This document shows, piece after piece, positions 18,442 to 26,599 of a stretch of DNA of 34,923 bases; the stretch's first letter is position 1, and every line of letters begins with the position of its first letter. The stretch is from an uncultured bacterium (GTDB lineage Bacteria; Actinomycetota; Coriobacteriia; Coriobacteriales; Coriobacteriaceae), in contig CAJMSO010000001.1 in the NCBI GenBank assembly GCA_905216075.1, forward strand, positions 1 to 34,923, read 5' to 3'. Position numbers and translations under genes: made by a program. A model generated the notes under the pieces. The model searched no databases. It had not been told where the DNA came from and saw nothing but the letters and a program-made list of their open reading frames with translations.

Positions 18442-19362
18442 GTGGCAACTCAGAAATTCACCGGCGTTATCCCTCCCGTCGTTGTTCCCGATACCGAAGA
18501 TCACCAGCTCGACGTTGCCTCCTTTGAGCGCAGCATCAACCGCATGATCGATGCCGGCGTCGATGGCCTGTTCTTCTTGGGATCCTCGGGCGAGGTCGTC
18601 TTCTCCACCGACGAGCGCCGTCGCCAGATTATCGCCGAGGCCGTTCGTATCGTCGACCACCGTGTGCCTGTTCTGGTCGGCATCATCGATACCGAGACCG
18701 AGCGCATGATCGAGCACGGCAAGGTCGCCCAGGAGCTGGGCGCCGATGCCCTCGTCGCCACCTGCCCGTTCTATGCCCTGCAGGGCATGACCGAGGTCGA
18801 GGAGCACTTCCGTATCCTGCACGAGGAGCTCGACCTGCCCATCTTCGCCTATGACATTCCCGTCTGCGTTCACACCAAGCTCCCCTGGAAGCTCCTTGCC
18901 AAGCTCGGCGCCGAGGGCGTCCTTGCTGGCGTCAAGGATTCCTCGGGTGATGACATCTCGTTCCGCTACCTCGTTCAGGAGAACGAGAAGAACGGCCATC
19001 CGATGAGCATCCTCACCGGTCACGAGGTTGTTGTCGACGGCGCCTACCTCGGTGGCGCCGACGGTTCCGTCCCGGGTCTCGCCAACGTTGAGCCCGAGGG
19101 CTACGTGCGTCAGTGGAAGGCCGCTCAGGCTGGTGACTGGGCTACCGTCAAGGCCGAGCAGGATCGCCTCAATGAGATTTCGCACATCTGGGATGTCACC
19201 TCGGGCGTCCAGGGCTATGCCGGTGGCGTCGGCGCCTTCAAGACCGCTATGAACCTCATGGGCATCTTCGACAGCCCGACCATGCCGCGCCCGGTGAAGG
19301 CCATGACCGGCGAGAACGTCGAGGCGATTAAGAAGGTCCTCCAGGACAACGGTCTCCTGTAA
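18442..19362 (+). CDS. nanA: N-acetylneuraminate lyase (DapA/NanA family)
   Basis: GSSGE, YDIP and KDSSGD (Schiff-base Lys) motifs; context with nanK and nanE; GTG start after TAAGGAG. Confidence 0.85.
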   Translation: MATQKFTGVIPPVVVPDTEDHQLDVASFERSINRMIDAGVDGLFFLGSSGEVVFSTDERRRQIIAEAVRIVDHRVPVLVGIIDTETERMIEHGKVAQELGADALVATCPFYALQGMTEVEEHFRILHEELDLPIFAYDIPVCVHTKLPWKLLAKLGAEGVLAGVKDSSGDDISFRYLVQENEKNGHPMSILTGHEVVVDGAYLGGADGSVPGLANVEPEGYVRQWKAAQAGDWATVKAEQDRLNEISHIWDVTSGVQGYAGGVGAFKTAMNLMGIFDSPTMPRPVKAMTGENVEAIKKVLQDNGLL

Positions 19363-19365
19363 AGC

Positions 19366-19460
19366 TTCCCCAGGCACCCGATCTTGGGGCTCAAGTGGTC
19401 GGGCGTGACCCATTAGGTCAACGCCCGACCACTTTCACCCCAACCTCGGGCACCTGGGAA
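19366..19460 (+). other. Long imperfect hairpin between nanA and nanK
   Basis: Perfect 14-bp core AAGTGGTCGGGCGT/ACGCCCGACCACTT plus nested outer stems. Confidence 0.7.
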
Positions 19461-19533
19461 ACCTTTACGAAGTTGCGGCGATAACACCGCCTTCATTTCC
19501 TGTAGTTGTTTTTTATCTCCTAAGGAGAGCGAC

Positions 19534-20499
19534 ATGGAGAACAAGTACGTCTGCTCTGTCGATATCGGCGGAACTAAGATCGCGACTGCCATCATGGAGT
19601 ACCCGGCTGACGGTAGTGTGCCCCATCCCGTTTTTGAGGCCGAGGTTCCTACTGAGGCCCAGGAGGGCGGCGAGGCCGTCTTCCAGCGTATCGAGGCGTC
19701 CATCAAGGCTGCTCTCGAGGCGAATCCCGATGTCGAGGTCCTTGGCGTCGGTATCGGTGCCGCCGGCGTCGTCGATCCCAAGACGGGCGCCATCGCGTAT
19801 GCCAATGAGATCATGCCCGGCTGGTCCGGCGTTCAGTTGGGGCCGCGTCTGCGCGAGGACCTCGGTCTTCCCGTTGCCGTCGTAGGCGACGTGCAGGCTC
19901 ATGCTCTGGGCGAGGCCCACTGGGGCGTCGGCAAGGGCAAGTTCTCCGTCTTGTGTCTTGGCATCGGTACGGGCATCGGCGGCGCATATGTCGAGAACGG
20001 CCGCGTGATGCAGGGCTTCCATGGTGCTGCCGGCCATATGGGCCACATCGAGTGCTCGGCTGCCGCCGGCATTCCCTGCGCCTGCGGGCGTTCCGGCCAT
20101 CTGGAGTCGGTTGCTTCGGGCACTTCCATTGGTCGAATGTACGATGAGCGTTTTGGCCGCGTCGACCCCAGCCGTCCTTCGGTCGGTCGCGATGTGAACG
20201 ACCTGTGCCGTGCGGGCGACGCAAAGGCGACCGAGGTCATCCATGACGCCGGCTTTGCGCTGGGTGCCAGCTTGGGCTCGCTCGCTAACATCCTGGACCC
20301 TGAGGTCATCGTCCTTTCGGGCGGCGTGATCCACCAAGGTCCCGATTGGCGTTCGCAGACGTGGAAGGATTCGGTGCACGAGGGCTATGCCAGCCAGGCG
20401 CTCGATCCGCTTCAGGACACGCCGATCCTCATCGGTTCGCTGGAGGGCGACGCGCCGCTTATTGGTGCCGCCGAACACCTTCTTGCATCGTTGAAGTAA
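19534..20499 (+). CDS. nanK: ROK-family sugar kinase, N-acetylmannosamine kinase
   Basis: DIGGTKI, GIGTGIGG, GHMGH and CACGRSGHLE zinc motif; lies between nanA and nanE. Confidence 0.85.
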   Translation: MENKYVCSVDIGGTKIATAIMEYPADGSVPHPVFEAEVPTEAQEGGEAVFQRIEASIKAALEANPDVEVLGVGIGAAGVVDPKTGAIAYANEIMPGWSGVQLGPRLREDLGLPVAVVGDVQAHALGEAHWGVGKGKFSVLCLGIGTGIGGAYVENGRVMQGFHGAAGHMGHIECSAAAGIPCACGRSGHLESVASGTSIGRMYDERFGRVDPSRPSVGRDVNDLCRAGDAKATEVIHDAGFALGASLGSLANILDPEVIVLSGGVIHQGPDWRSQTWKDSVHEGYASQALDPLQDTPILIGSLEGDAPLIGAAEHLLASLK

Positions 20500-20516
20500 A
20501 CATAACTACCAAGTGC

Positions 20517-20614
20517 GCCTTCTGAGGTGCCGCAGATTGACGTGAAAGAGGAGCAAAGCGTACTTCGGTACGTGAGCGACGGTTTGAACGTCAAGGTGCG
20601 GTGTCTCAGAAGGC
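20517..20614 (+). other. Long hairpin between nanK and nanE capped by a cUUCGg tetraloop
   Basis: 18-bp stem 20517-20534/20597-20614, 7-bp stem TTGACGT/ACGTCAA, apical GCGTAC-TTCG-GTACGT. Confidence 0.7.
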
Positions 20615-20639
20615 TGTTTTGAGAAAGGTTGAGTCGAAC

Positions 20640-21326
20640 ATGACCGTCAATCCTTTGATTCAATCCCTGAAGGGCAAGCTCGTCGTGAGCGTTCAGGCGT
20701 ATATGGGCGAGCCGCTTCGTACGCCCGAGACCATGGCGCAAATGTCTCGCGCTTGCGAGCTCGGCGGCGCCGCCGCCATTCGCTGCCAGGGCCTTGCCGA
20801 CATTGCCGCCATTAAGGGTCGCTGTGAGGTTCCCGTTATCGGCCTGTGGAAGGATGGGCACGAGGGCGTTTACATCACGCCGACGCTGCGTCACGCTCGC
20901 GCCTGCGTTGCTGCCGGTGCCGATATCGTGGCGATCGACGCCACCGATCGTCCGCGCCCCGATGGCAAGACGGTCGAGGATACCTTCCGCCCGCTGCACG
21001 AGGAGGGTGTGCTCCTGATGGCGGATTGTGCCACCATCGAGGACATTCGCCGTGCTGTTGATATGGGCTTTGACCTGGTATCCACCACGCTTTCTCACGG
21101 CGTCGCCGCCATCGACTGCACCATGGCCGATGGCCCCGACCTGCCGCTCCTGCGTCAGGCGACTGAGGAATTCCCTGGCCTTCCTATCATTTGCGAGGGC
21201 CGCGTGCATACGCCCGAGGAGGCTCGCGCCGCGATCGATGCTGGCGCCTGGGCCGTTGTCGTCGGCACCGCCATCACGCACCCCACGAGTATTACGAGTT
21301 GGTTCAAGGCTGCGCTTGAGGCGTAA
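20640..21326 (+). CDS. nanE: N-acetylmannosamine-6-phosphate 2-epimerase
   Basis: LVVSVQA..GEPL, GGAAAIR, PVIGLWK, VYITPT, DATDRPRP, EGRVHTPE, VVGTAITHP. Confidence 0.96.
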   Translation: MTVNPLIQSLKGKLVVSVQAYMGEPLRTPETMAQMSRACELGGAAAIRCQGLADIAAIKGRCEVPVIGLWKDGHEGVYITPTLRHARACVAAGADIVAIDATDRPRPDGKTVEDTFRPLHEEGVLLMADCATIEDIRRAVDMGFDLVSTTLSHGVAAIDCTMADGPDLPLLRQATEEFPGLPIICEGRVHTPEEARAAIDAGAWAVVVGTAITHPTSITSWFKAALEA

Positions 21327-21377
21327 GACAGGCCTCGTATCCGCTCGGGGCGGTATACTCAATATAGGCAATTGACC

Positions 21378-21414
21378 GCGCGGGATCCGGGTTGCTGGGT
21401 CCCGCGCTTGTTTT
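21378..21414 (+). terminator. Intrinsic terminator-like hairpin after nanE
   Basis: GCGCGGGATCCGG-GTTG-CTGGGTCCCGCGC followed by TTGTTTT. Confidence 0.7.
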
Positions 21415-21445
21415 CGGGAGGCAGCACATGCAAAAGGGAGATGCC

Positions 21446-22348
21446 ATGGATGCGGCGGAGCGCTCGGAGCGCATCCCCGATATCGTCATCATCACCGGAA
21501 TGTCCGGATCGGGCCGCACACAGGCCATGCACGTGTTCGAGGACATGGGCTATTTTTGCATCGATAACCTGCCTCCGCGTCTCATCGCCCAGCTTGCCGA
21601 GCTCGTCGGCATCAATACGGGCGTGGGCAGGCATCTCGCCGTCACCTGCGATTTGCGTAGCCAGGGACTGTTTGACGAGTTGCTCGATGCGGTCGCCGCG
21701 CTCGAAGAGCGCGAGATGAGCTGTGACATCGTGTTTCTCGAGGCCTCTGACGAGGTGCTGATCCGTCGTTATAGCGAAAATCGCCGCCGTCATCCCATTG
21801 CCAAGCCGGGGGAGACTACGGCCGATGCCATTCAGCGCGAGCGCCTTCAGCTGCAGGGCGTGCGCGACCGAGCCGATATGATTATCGACACGAGCCGTCT
21901 GCGCACCTCTGCGCTGCGTAACAAGCTACGTATGGCATTTTCCGAGCTGTCCGACCAGCAGCTCATGGACGTCCACGTGTTCTCGTTTGGCTTTAAGCAC
22001 GGCATGCCCGTCGAGGCGGACATTATGATCGACGTCCGCTTCCTGCCCAATCCGTTCTACGATCCCGAGATGCGCACCATGACCGGTCTCGATAAAAAGG
22101 TCTCTGATTTTGTTCTGGACCATCCCAAGACGCAGGAGTTTTGGAAGGCCTGGACACAGCTGCTCGATACGGTGATGCCGGGCTATATCGCCGAGGGCAA
22201 GCCGCAGCTTTCTATCGCCATCGGCTGTACGGGCGGCCAGCACCGCAGCGTTGCCATTGCCGAGGCCACGGCCCGTTACCTGGAAGGCGCTCAGTACCAC
22301 GTGAGCATCTCCCACCGCGACCTGTCGCGCGCCAACACGAAGGCATAG
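21446..22348 (+). CDS. rapZ: RapZ/YvcJ P-loop NTPase (RNase adapter family)
   Basis: ITGMSGSGRT, EDMGYFCIDNLP, RRRHP, SFGFKHG, DVRFLPNP, GCTGGQHRSV. AAGGGAG RBS. Confidence 0.96.
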   Translation: MDAAERSERIPDIVIITGMSGSGRTQAMHVFEDMGYFCIDNLPPRLIAQLAELVGINTGVGRHLAVTCDLRSQGLFDELLDAVAALEEREMSCDIVFLEASDEVLIRRYSENRRRHPIAKPGETTADAIQRERLQLQGVRDRADMIIDTSRLRTSALRNKLRMAFSELSDQQLMDVHVFSFGFKHGMPVEADIMIDVRFLPNPFYDPEMRTMTGLDKKVSDFVLDHPKTQEFWKAWTQLLDTVMPGYIAEGKPQLSIAIGCTGGQHRSVAIAEATARYLEGAQYHVSISHRDLSRANTKA

Positions 22349-22354
22349 GCCTGC

Positions 22355-23284
22355 ATGTCGTTTACCGCTGAGGTGCGCGACGAGCTTGCGCGCTGCGAAC
22401 CCGAATGTGAATACTGCGATTTGTCGACGCTCGCCGCCCTCACGCGTGTGAGCGGTACACTTTCGTTGGCCGGCTCCGGGCGGTATCGTTTGACGGTCGC
22501 GACCGAGACGGGCGCCGTCGCGCGCACGATGATCACACTGACGCATCGCATCCTTAAGCTCAAAACGGAATTCACCGTTCGTAAATCGGTCTTGCATAAG
22601 GTTCGCAACTATCTCATTACCCTGCCCGACCAACCCGACCTGGACAAGGCTCTGGTGCTGCTGGGCATTTTAGACCGCAGGGGAGGGCTCGTCGCTGGTG
22701 TTCCCCGGCACATCGTTGCCCGTCCCTGCTGCAGGCTTGCCTACATCCGCGGCGCGCTCATTGCCGGCGGCTTCGTGGCCGATCCACGAGGCGATTTTCA
22801 TTTGGAGATCGCGGTGCAGGGCGAGCAATATGCCAAGGGGCTTTGCGATCTGTTGGAGCAGATTGGGGTCCATGCTCGTGTTAATGCGCGGCGGGGGTCA
22901 TATGCCGTGTACATTAAGAGCGCCGAGGAGATCGAGCAGCTCCTAAAGCTGGTCGGCGCCAAGCGCAGCGTTGCCGAGATCGAGGAAGCGCGCGCGGTCA
23001 AATTGGTTAAGAACGACGTAAACCGTCGCGTGAACGCCGAGCTCGCCAACCAGACCAGAAGCGCCGGTGCCGCCCAGCATCAGCTTGCGTTGATCGATGA
23101 GCTCGAGCAGCGTGGCCTTCGCGATGCGCTTCCGGATGCCTTGGCGGTCTTTTGCGACCTGCGCGAGCGCTACCCCGATCTGTCACTGCGTGATTTGGGG
23201 GAGATGGCTGACCCTCCCTTGTCGAAGTCGGCCCTCTACCATCGTGTTTTACGGCTTGAAAAGCTCATTGAAGCAAACAGGTAG
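22355..23284 (+). CDS. whiA: DNA-binding protein WhiA
   Basis: MSFTAEVRDEL, AYIRGALIAGG, YIKSAE, VNRRVNAELAN and C-terminal HTH PDLSLRDLG..PPLSKSALYHR. Confidence 0.95.
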   Translation: MSFTAEVRDELARCEPECEYCDLSTLAALTRVSGTLSLAGSGRYRLTVATETGAVARTMITLTHRILKLKTEFTVRKSVLHKVRNYLITLPDQPDLDKALVLLGILDRRGGLVAGVPRHIVARPCCRLAYIRGALIAGGFVADPRGDFHLEIAVQGEQYAKGLCDLLEQIGVHARVNARRGSYAVYIKSAEEIEQLLKLVGAKRSVAEIEEARAVKLVKNDVNRRVNAELANQTRSAGAAQHQLALIDELEQRGLRDALPDALAVFCDLRERYPDLSLRDLGEMADPPLSKSALYHRVLRLEKLIEANR

Positions 23285-23329
23285 TTTGAAGTATCGACTT
23301 ATATATGGATTTAACTGCTATTTTAGTCT

Positions 23330-23405
23330 TTAAAACGTTTTAACGTAAATTTGATTTTCAATTTCGAGCATTCTCGTGAAATTCAAGTCAAAAAAAAGGT
23401 ATATT
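23330..23405 (+). promoter_or_regulatory. gap operon promoter region with a palindromic operator
   Basis: Perfect palindrome TTAAAACGTTTTAA (23330-23343); TATATT -10-like hexamer at 23400-23405; very AT-rich. Confidence 0.55.
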
Positions 23406-23477
23406 AGGCGAGTGGTTAGTTTGTGGGCCTCAACGGCGGGCGCTGTAGCTCGCGGGGGCCTTACGAAAGGAGACACA

Positions 23478-24503
23478 ATGGCAGTAAAGGTTGCTATTAA
23501 CGGCTTCGGTCGCATCGGTCGTCTGGCTTTCCGTCAGATGTTCGGTCATGAGGGCTCCGAGATCGTCGCTATCAACGACCTCACCTCTCCCGATATGCTC
23601 GCTTACCTGCTGAAGTACGACTCCACGCAGGGCAACTACGCTCGCGATCACGAGGTCGTTGCTGGCGAGGATTCCATCACCGTTGACGGCAAGGAGATCA
23701 AGATCTACAAGGAGGCCGACGCCAACAACCTGCCTTGGGGCGACCTCGACGTCGACGTCGTTCTCGAGTGCACCGGCTTCTACACCAGCAAGGCTAAGGC
23801 CCAGGCCCACATCAACGCTGGCGCCAAGAAGGTCGTCATCTCCGCTCCGGCCGGCAGCGATCTGCCCACCATCGTGTACAACGTCAACCATGAGACGCTG
23901 ACCGCTGAGGACAACATCATCTCCGCTGCTTCCTGCACCACCAACTGCCTCGCCCCGATGGCCAAGGGTCTGAACGACTTCGCTCCCATCGTGTCCGGCA
24001 TCATGACCACCATTCACGCCTGGACTGGCGACCAGATGCCGCTCGACGGCCCGCAGCGCAAGGGCAACAAGCGTCGTAGCCGCGCCTGCGCCGTCAACAT
24101 CGTCCCCAACACCACCGGTGCTGCCAAGGCTATCGGCCTGGTTCTCCCCGAGCTCAACGGTAAGCTCATCGGTGCCGCCCAGCGCGTCCCGACGCCGACC
24201 GGCTCCATCACCAACCTCTACGCTGTCGTTGACAAGAAGGTCACCGTCGACGAGGTCAACGCTGCTATGAAGGCCTACGCTGCCACCATCTCCGAGACCT
24301 TCGGTTACAACGAGGACGACATCGTCTCCACCGACATCATCGGCGAGACCCACGGCTCCATCTTCGACGCCACTCAGACCATGTGCTCTGACCTCGGCAA
24401 CGGCCAGACCCTCGTTCAGGTCACCTCTTGGTACGACAACGAGAACTCCTACACCTCTCAGATGGTCCGCACCATCAAGTACTTCGAGAAGTTCGTTGCT
24501 TAA
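23478..24503 (+). CDS. gap: Glyceraldehyde-3-phosphate dehydrogenase, type I
   Basis: [35 protein letters not shown]. Confidence 0.99.
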   Translation: MAVKVAINGFGRIGRLAFRQMFGHEGSEIVAINDLTSPDMLAYLLKYDSTQGNYARDHEVVAGEDSITVDGKEIKIYKEADANNLPWGDLDVDVVLECTGFYTSKAKAQAHINAGAKKVVISAPAGSDLPTIVYNVNHETLTAEDNIISAASCTTNCLAPMAKGLNDFAPIVSGIMTTIHAWTGDQMPLDGPQRKGNKRRSRACAVNIVPNTTGAAKAIGLVLPELNGKLIGAAQRVPTPTGSITNLYAVVDKKVTVDEVNAAMKAYAATISETFGYNEDDIVSTDIIGETHGSIFDATQTMCSDLGNGQTLVQVTSWYDNENSYTSQMVRTIKYFEKFVA

Positions 24504-24540
24504 TTTAGCTTTTAACGAATAGCTCGTTGAGCGTCTAAAG

Positions 24541-24588
24541 AAGGGCGCGGCCTTATAGGGCTTACACCCTAGGGTCGCGCCCTTTTTA
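24541..24588 (+). terminator. Hairpin with U tract between gap and pgk (partial terminator or stabiliser)
   Basis: AAGGGCGCGGCC / GGTCGCGCCCTT followed by TTTA. Confidence 0.65.
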
Positions 24589-24643
24589 TAAGAAATCGTC
24601 TGCCGTAATGGGAGGCAGACACGTACGAAAGGTAGAAGCAAAC

Positions 24644-25834
24644 ATGGCCTTTACCAAGAAGACCGTCCGCGACATCGATGTCGACGGCAAGCGCGTTCTC
24701 GTCCGCGTTGACTTTAACGTGCCTATCAAGGATGGCGTCGTTGGCGACACCACCCGTATCAAGGCTGCCCTGCCCACCATCAACTATCTCGTTGAGCACA
24801 ATGCTCGCGTCATCCTCATGAGCCACCTCGGCCGTCCCGATGGCACCGGCTTCCAGCCCGAGCTGTCCCTCGAGCCCGTCGCCAAGAAGCTCGCCGAGCT
24901 CTCTGGTCTCGACGTCGCCTTTGTCGCCGACACTTACGGCGAGAAGGCTGCCGAGGCTGTCGCTGCCGTCGAGCCGGGCAAGGTTCTCGTTCTCGAGAAC
25001 GTCCGCTTCGATAAGCGTGAGAAGAAGAACGATCCCGAGATCGCCAAGAAGCTCGCTTCCTATGGTGACGTCTTCGTTCTCGATGCCTTCGGCACCGCTC
25101 ACCGCGCCCAGGGTTCCGTCGTGGGCCCCGCCGCTTACCTGCCTGCCGTCGCCGGCTTCCTGCTCGAGAAGGAGGTCGACACGCTGACCGGCATCTTCGC
25201 CGAGCCCGAGCGTCCCTTCGTCGCTATCGTCGGCGGTTCCAAGGTTTCCTCCAAGATCGGTGTTCTCGATCACCTCATCGACTCTGCTGATACCCTGATC
25301 ATCGGTGGCGGCATGGCCTACACCTTCTTCCTGGCTCAGGGCCTGTCCGTTGGTCAGTCCCTCAAGGAAGAGGACTGGGTCGAGCGCGCTGGCGAGATGC
25401 TCAAGAAGGCCGAGGAGAAGGGCGTCAAGATCCTGCTCCCCATCGACAACCGTGTTGCCGATCACTTTGGCGAGGACGCTGTCCCCGAGGTTGTCGCTTC
25501 CGACGCTATCCCCGACGATCGTGAGGGTATGGACATCGGCCCCAAGACCGAGGAACTCTACGCCGAGGCCGTCAAGGGCGCCAAGACCGTGTTCTGGAAT
25601 GGCCCCATGGGCGTCTTCGAGTTCGATAACTTCGCTCACGGCACCCAGGCTATCGCCGAGGCTGTCGCCGAGGCCGACTGCACCTCGATCATCGGTGGTG
25701 GCGATTCCGTCGCGGCCGTCAACAAGTTTAACCTGGCCGACAAGATGAGCTGGATTTCCACCGGCGGTGGCGCTTCCATGGAGCTCGTCGAGGGTAAGGC
25801 CCTGCCCGGAGTGGAGGCGCTTCTCGATGCCTAA
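24644..25834 (+). CDS. pgk: Phosphoglycerate kinase
   Basis: RVDFNVP, SHLGRP, LENVRF, DAFGTAHR, WNGPMGVFE, STGGGAS. Confidence 0.99.
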   Translation: MAFTKKTVRDIDVDGKRVLVRVDFNVPIKDGVVGDTTRIKAALPTINYLVEHNARVILMSHLGRPDGTGFQPELSLEPVAKKLAELSGLDVAFVADTYGEKAAEAVAAVEPGKVLVLENVRFDKREKKNDPEIAKKLASYGDVFVLDAFGTAHRAQGSVVGPAAYLPAVAGFLLEKEVDTLTGIFAEPERPFVAIVGGSKVSSKIGVLDHLIDSADTLIIGGGMAYTFFLAQGLSVGQSLKEEDWVERAGEMLKKAEEKGVKILLPIDNRVADHFGEDAVPEVVASDAIPDDREGMDIGPKTEELYAEAVKGAKTVFWNGPMGVFEFDNFAHGTQAIAEAVAEADCTSIIGGGDSVAAVNKFNLADKMSWISTGGGASMELVEGKALPGVEALLDA

Positions 25835-26594
25835 TCGCACCCTTCTTATCGCTGGTAACTGGAAGATGAACAACGACGTCGCCGAGGCTGCCAAGCTCGC
25901 CGACGAGCTGGCTCAGGCTCTGCCCGAGGTTCCGGCTGGCGTCGAGGTACTCGTCTGCCCTCCGACCATCGACATCACCACGGTTCATGACCGCATTCAG
26001 GCTGCCCCCATCGCCCTCGGTGCACAGAACGTGTACTGGGAGGCCAAGGGTGCCTTCACCGGTGAGTCCTCTTGCGACATGCTCAAGTCCGCTGGCTGCA
26101 CCTACTGCATCATCGGTCACTCCGAGCGTCGCGACTACTTCCACGAGACCGACGAGGACCAGAACAAGAAGGCCAAGGCTCTCGTTGCCGCCGGCCTTGT
26201 TCCCGTCTTCTGCTGCGGCGAGTCCCTCGAGGTCCGCGAGGCCGGCACCTATGTCGAGCACGTCGTGAACCAGGTCAAGGCTGGCCTTGCTGGTCTTGAG
26301 ATCACCTGCCCCAAGCAGGTCGTCGTCGCCTATGAGCCCATCTGGGCCATCGGCACCGGCAAGACCGCTACCGCCGAGGACGCTCAGGAGGTCTGCGGCG
26401 CTATCCGTGAGACCCTCAAGGAGATGTTCGGCGAGGAGCTCGCCAACGGCATCCGCGTTCTCTACGGTGGTTCCGCCAAGCCCGGTAACATCGCCGAGCT
26501 CGTCGCCAAGCCCGACGTTGACGGCGCCCTCGTGGGCGGCGCTTCGCTCAAGGCTGCCGACTTCGCCTCTATGGTCGTCAAGGCAGGCGAGTAG
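25827..26594 (+). CDS. tpiA: Triosephosphate isomerase
   Basis: AGNWKM, GAFTGE, IIGHSERR, AYEPIWAIGTG, LYGGS, LVGGASL. Overlaps pgk by 8 nt. Confidence 0.99.
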   Translation: MPNRTLLIAGNWKMNNDVAEAAKLADELAQALPEVPAGVEVLVCPPTIDITTVHDRIQAAPIALGAQNVYWEAKGAFTGESSCDMLKSAGCTYCIIGHSERRDYFHETDEDQNKKAKALVAAGLVPVFCCGESLEVREAGTYVEHVVNQVKAGLAGLEITCPKQVVVAYEPIWAIGTGKTATAEDAQEVCGAIRETLKEMFGEELANGIRVLYGGSAKPGNIAELVAKPDVDGALVGGASLKAADFASMVVKAGE

Positions 26595-26599
26595 GACAT

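Noticed and set aside
18442..19362. Annotation as dapA (dihydrodipicolinate synthase)
   Set aside because: Same fold and KDSSG motif, but the nanK/nanE/importer context favours Neu5Ac lyase.
23372..23390. Possible Rex box before gap
   Set aside because: TCGTGAAATTCAAG lacks the second half-site of TTGTGAA-N4-TTCACAA.
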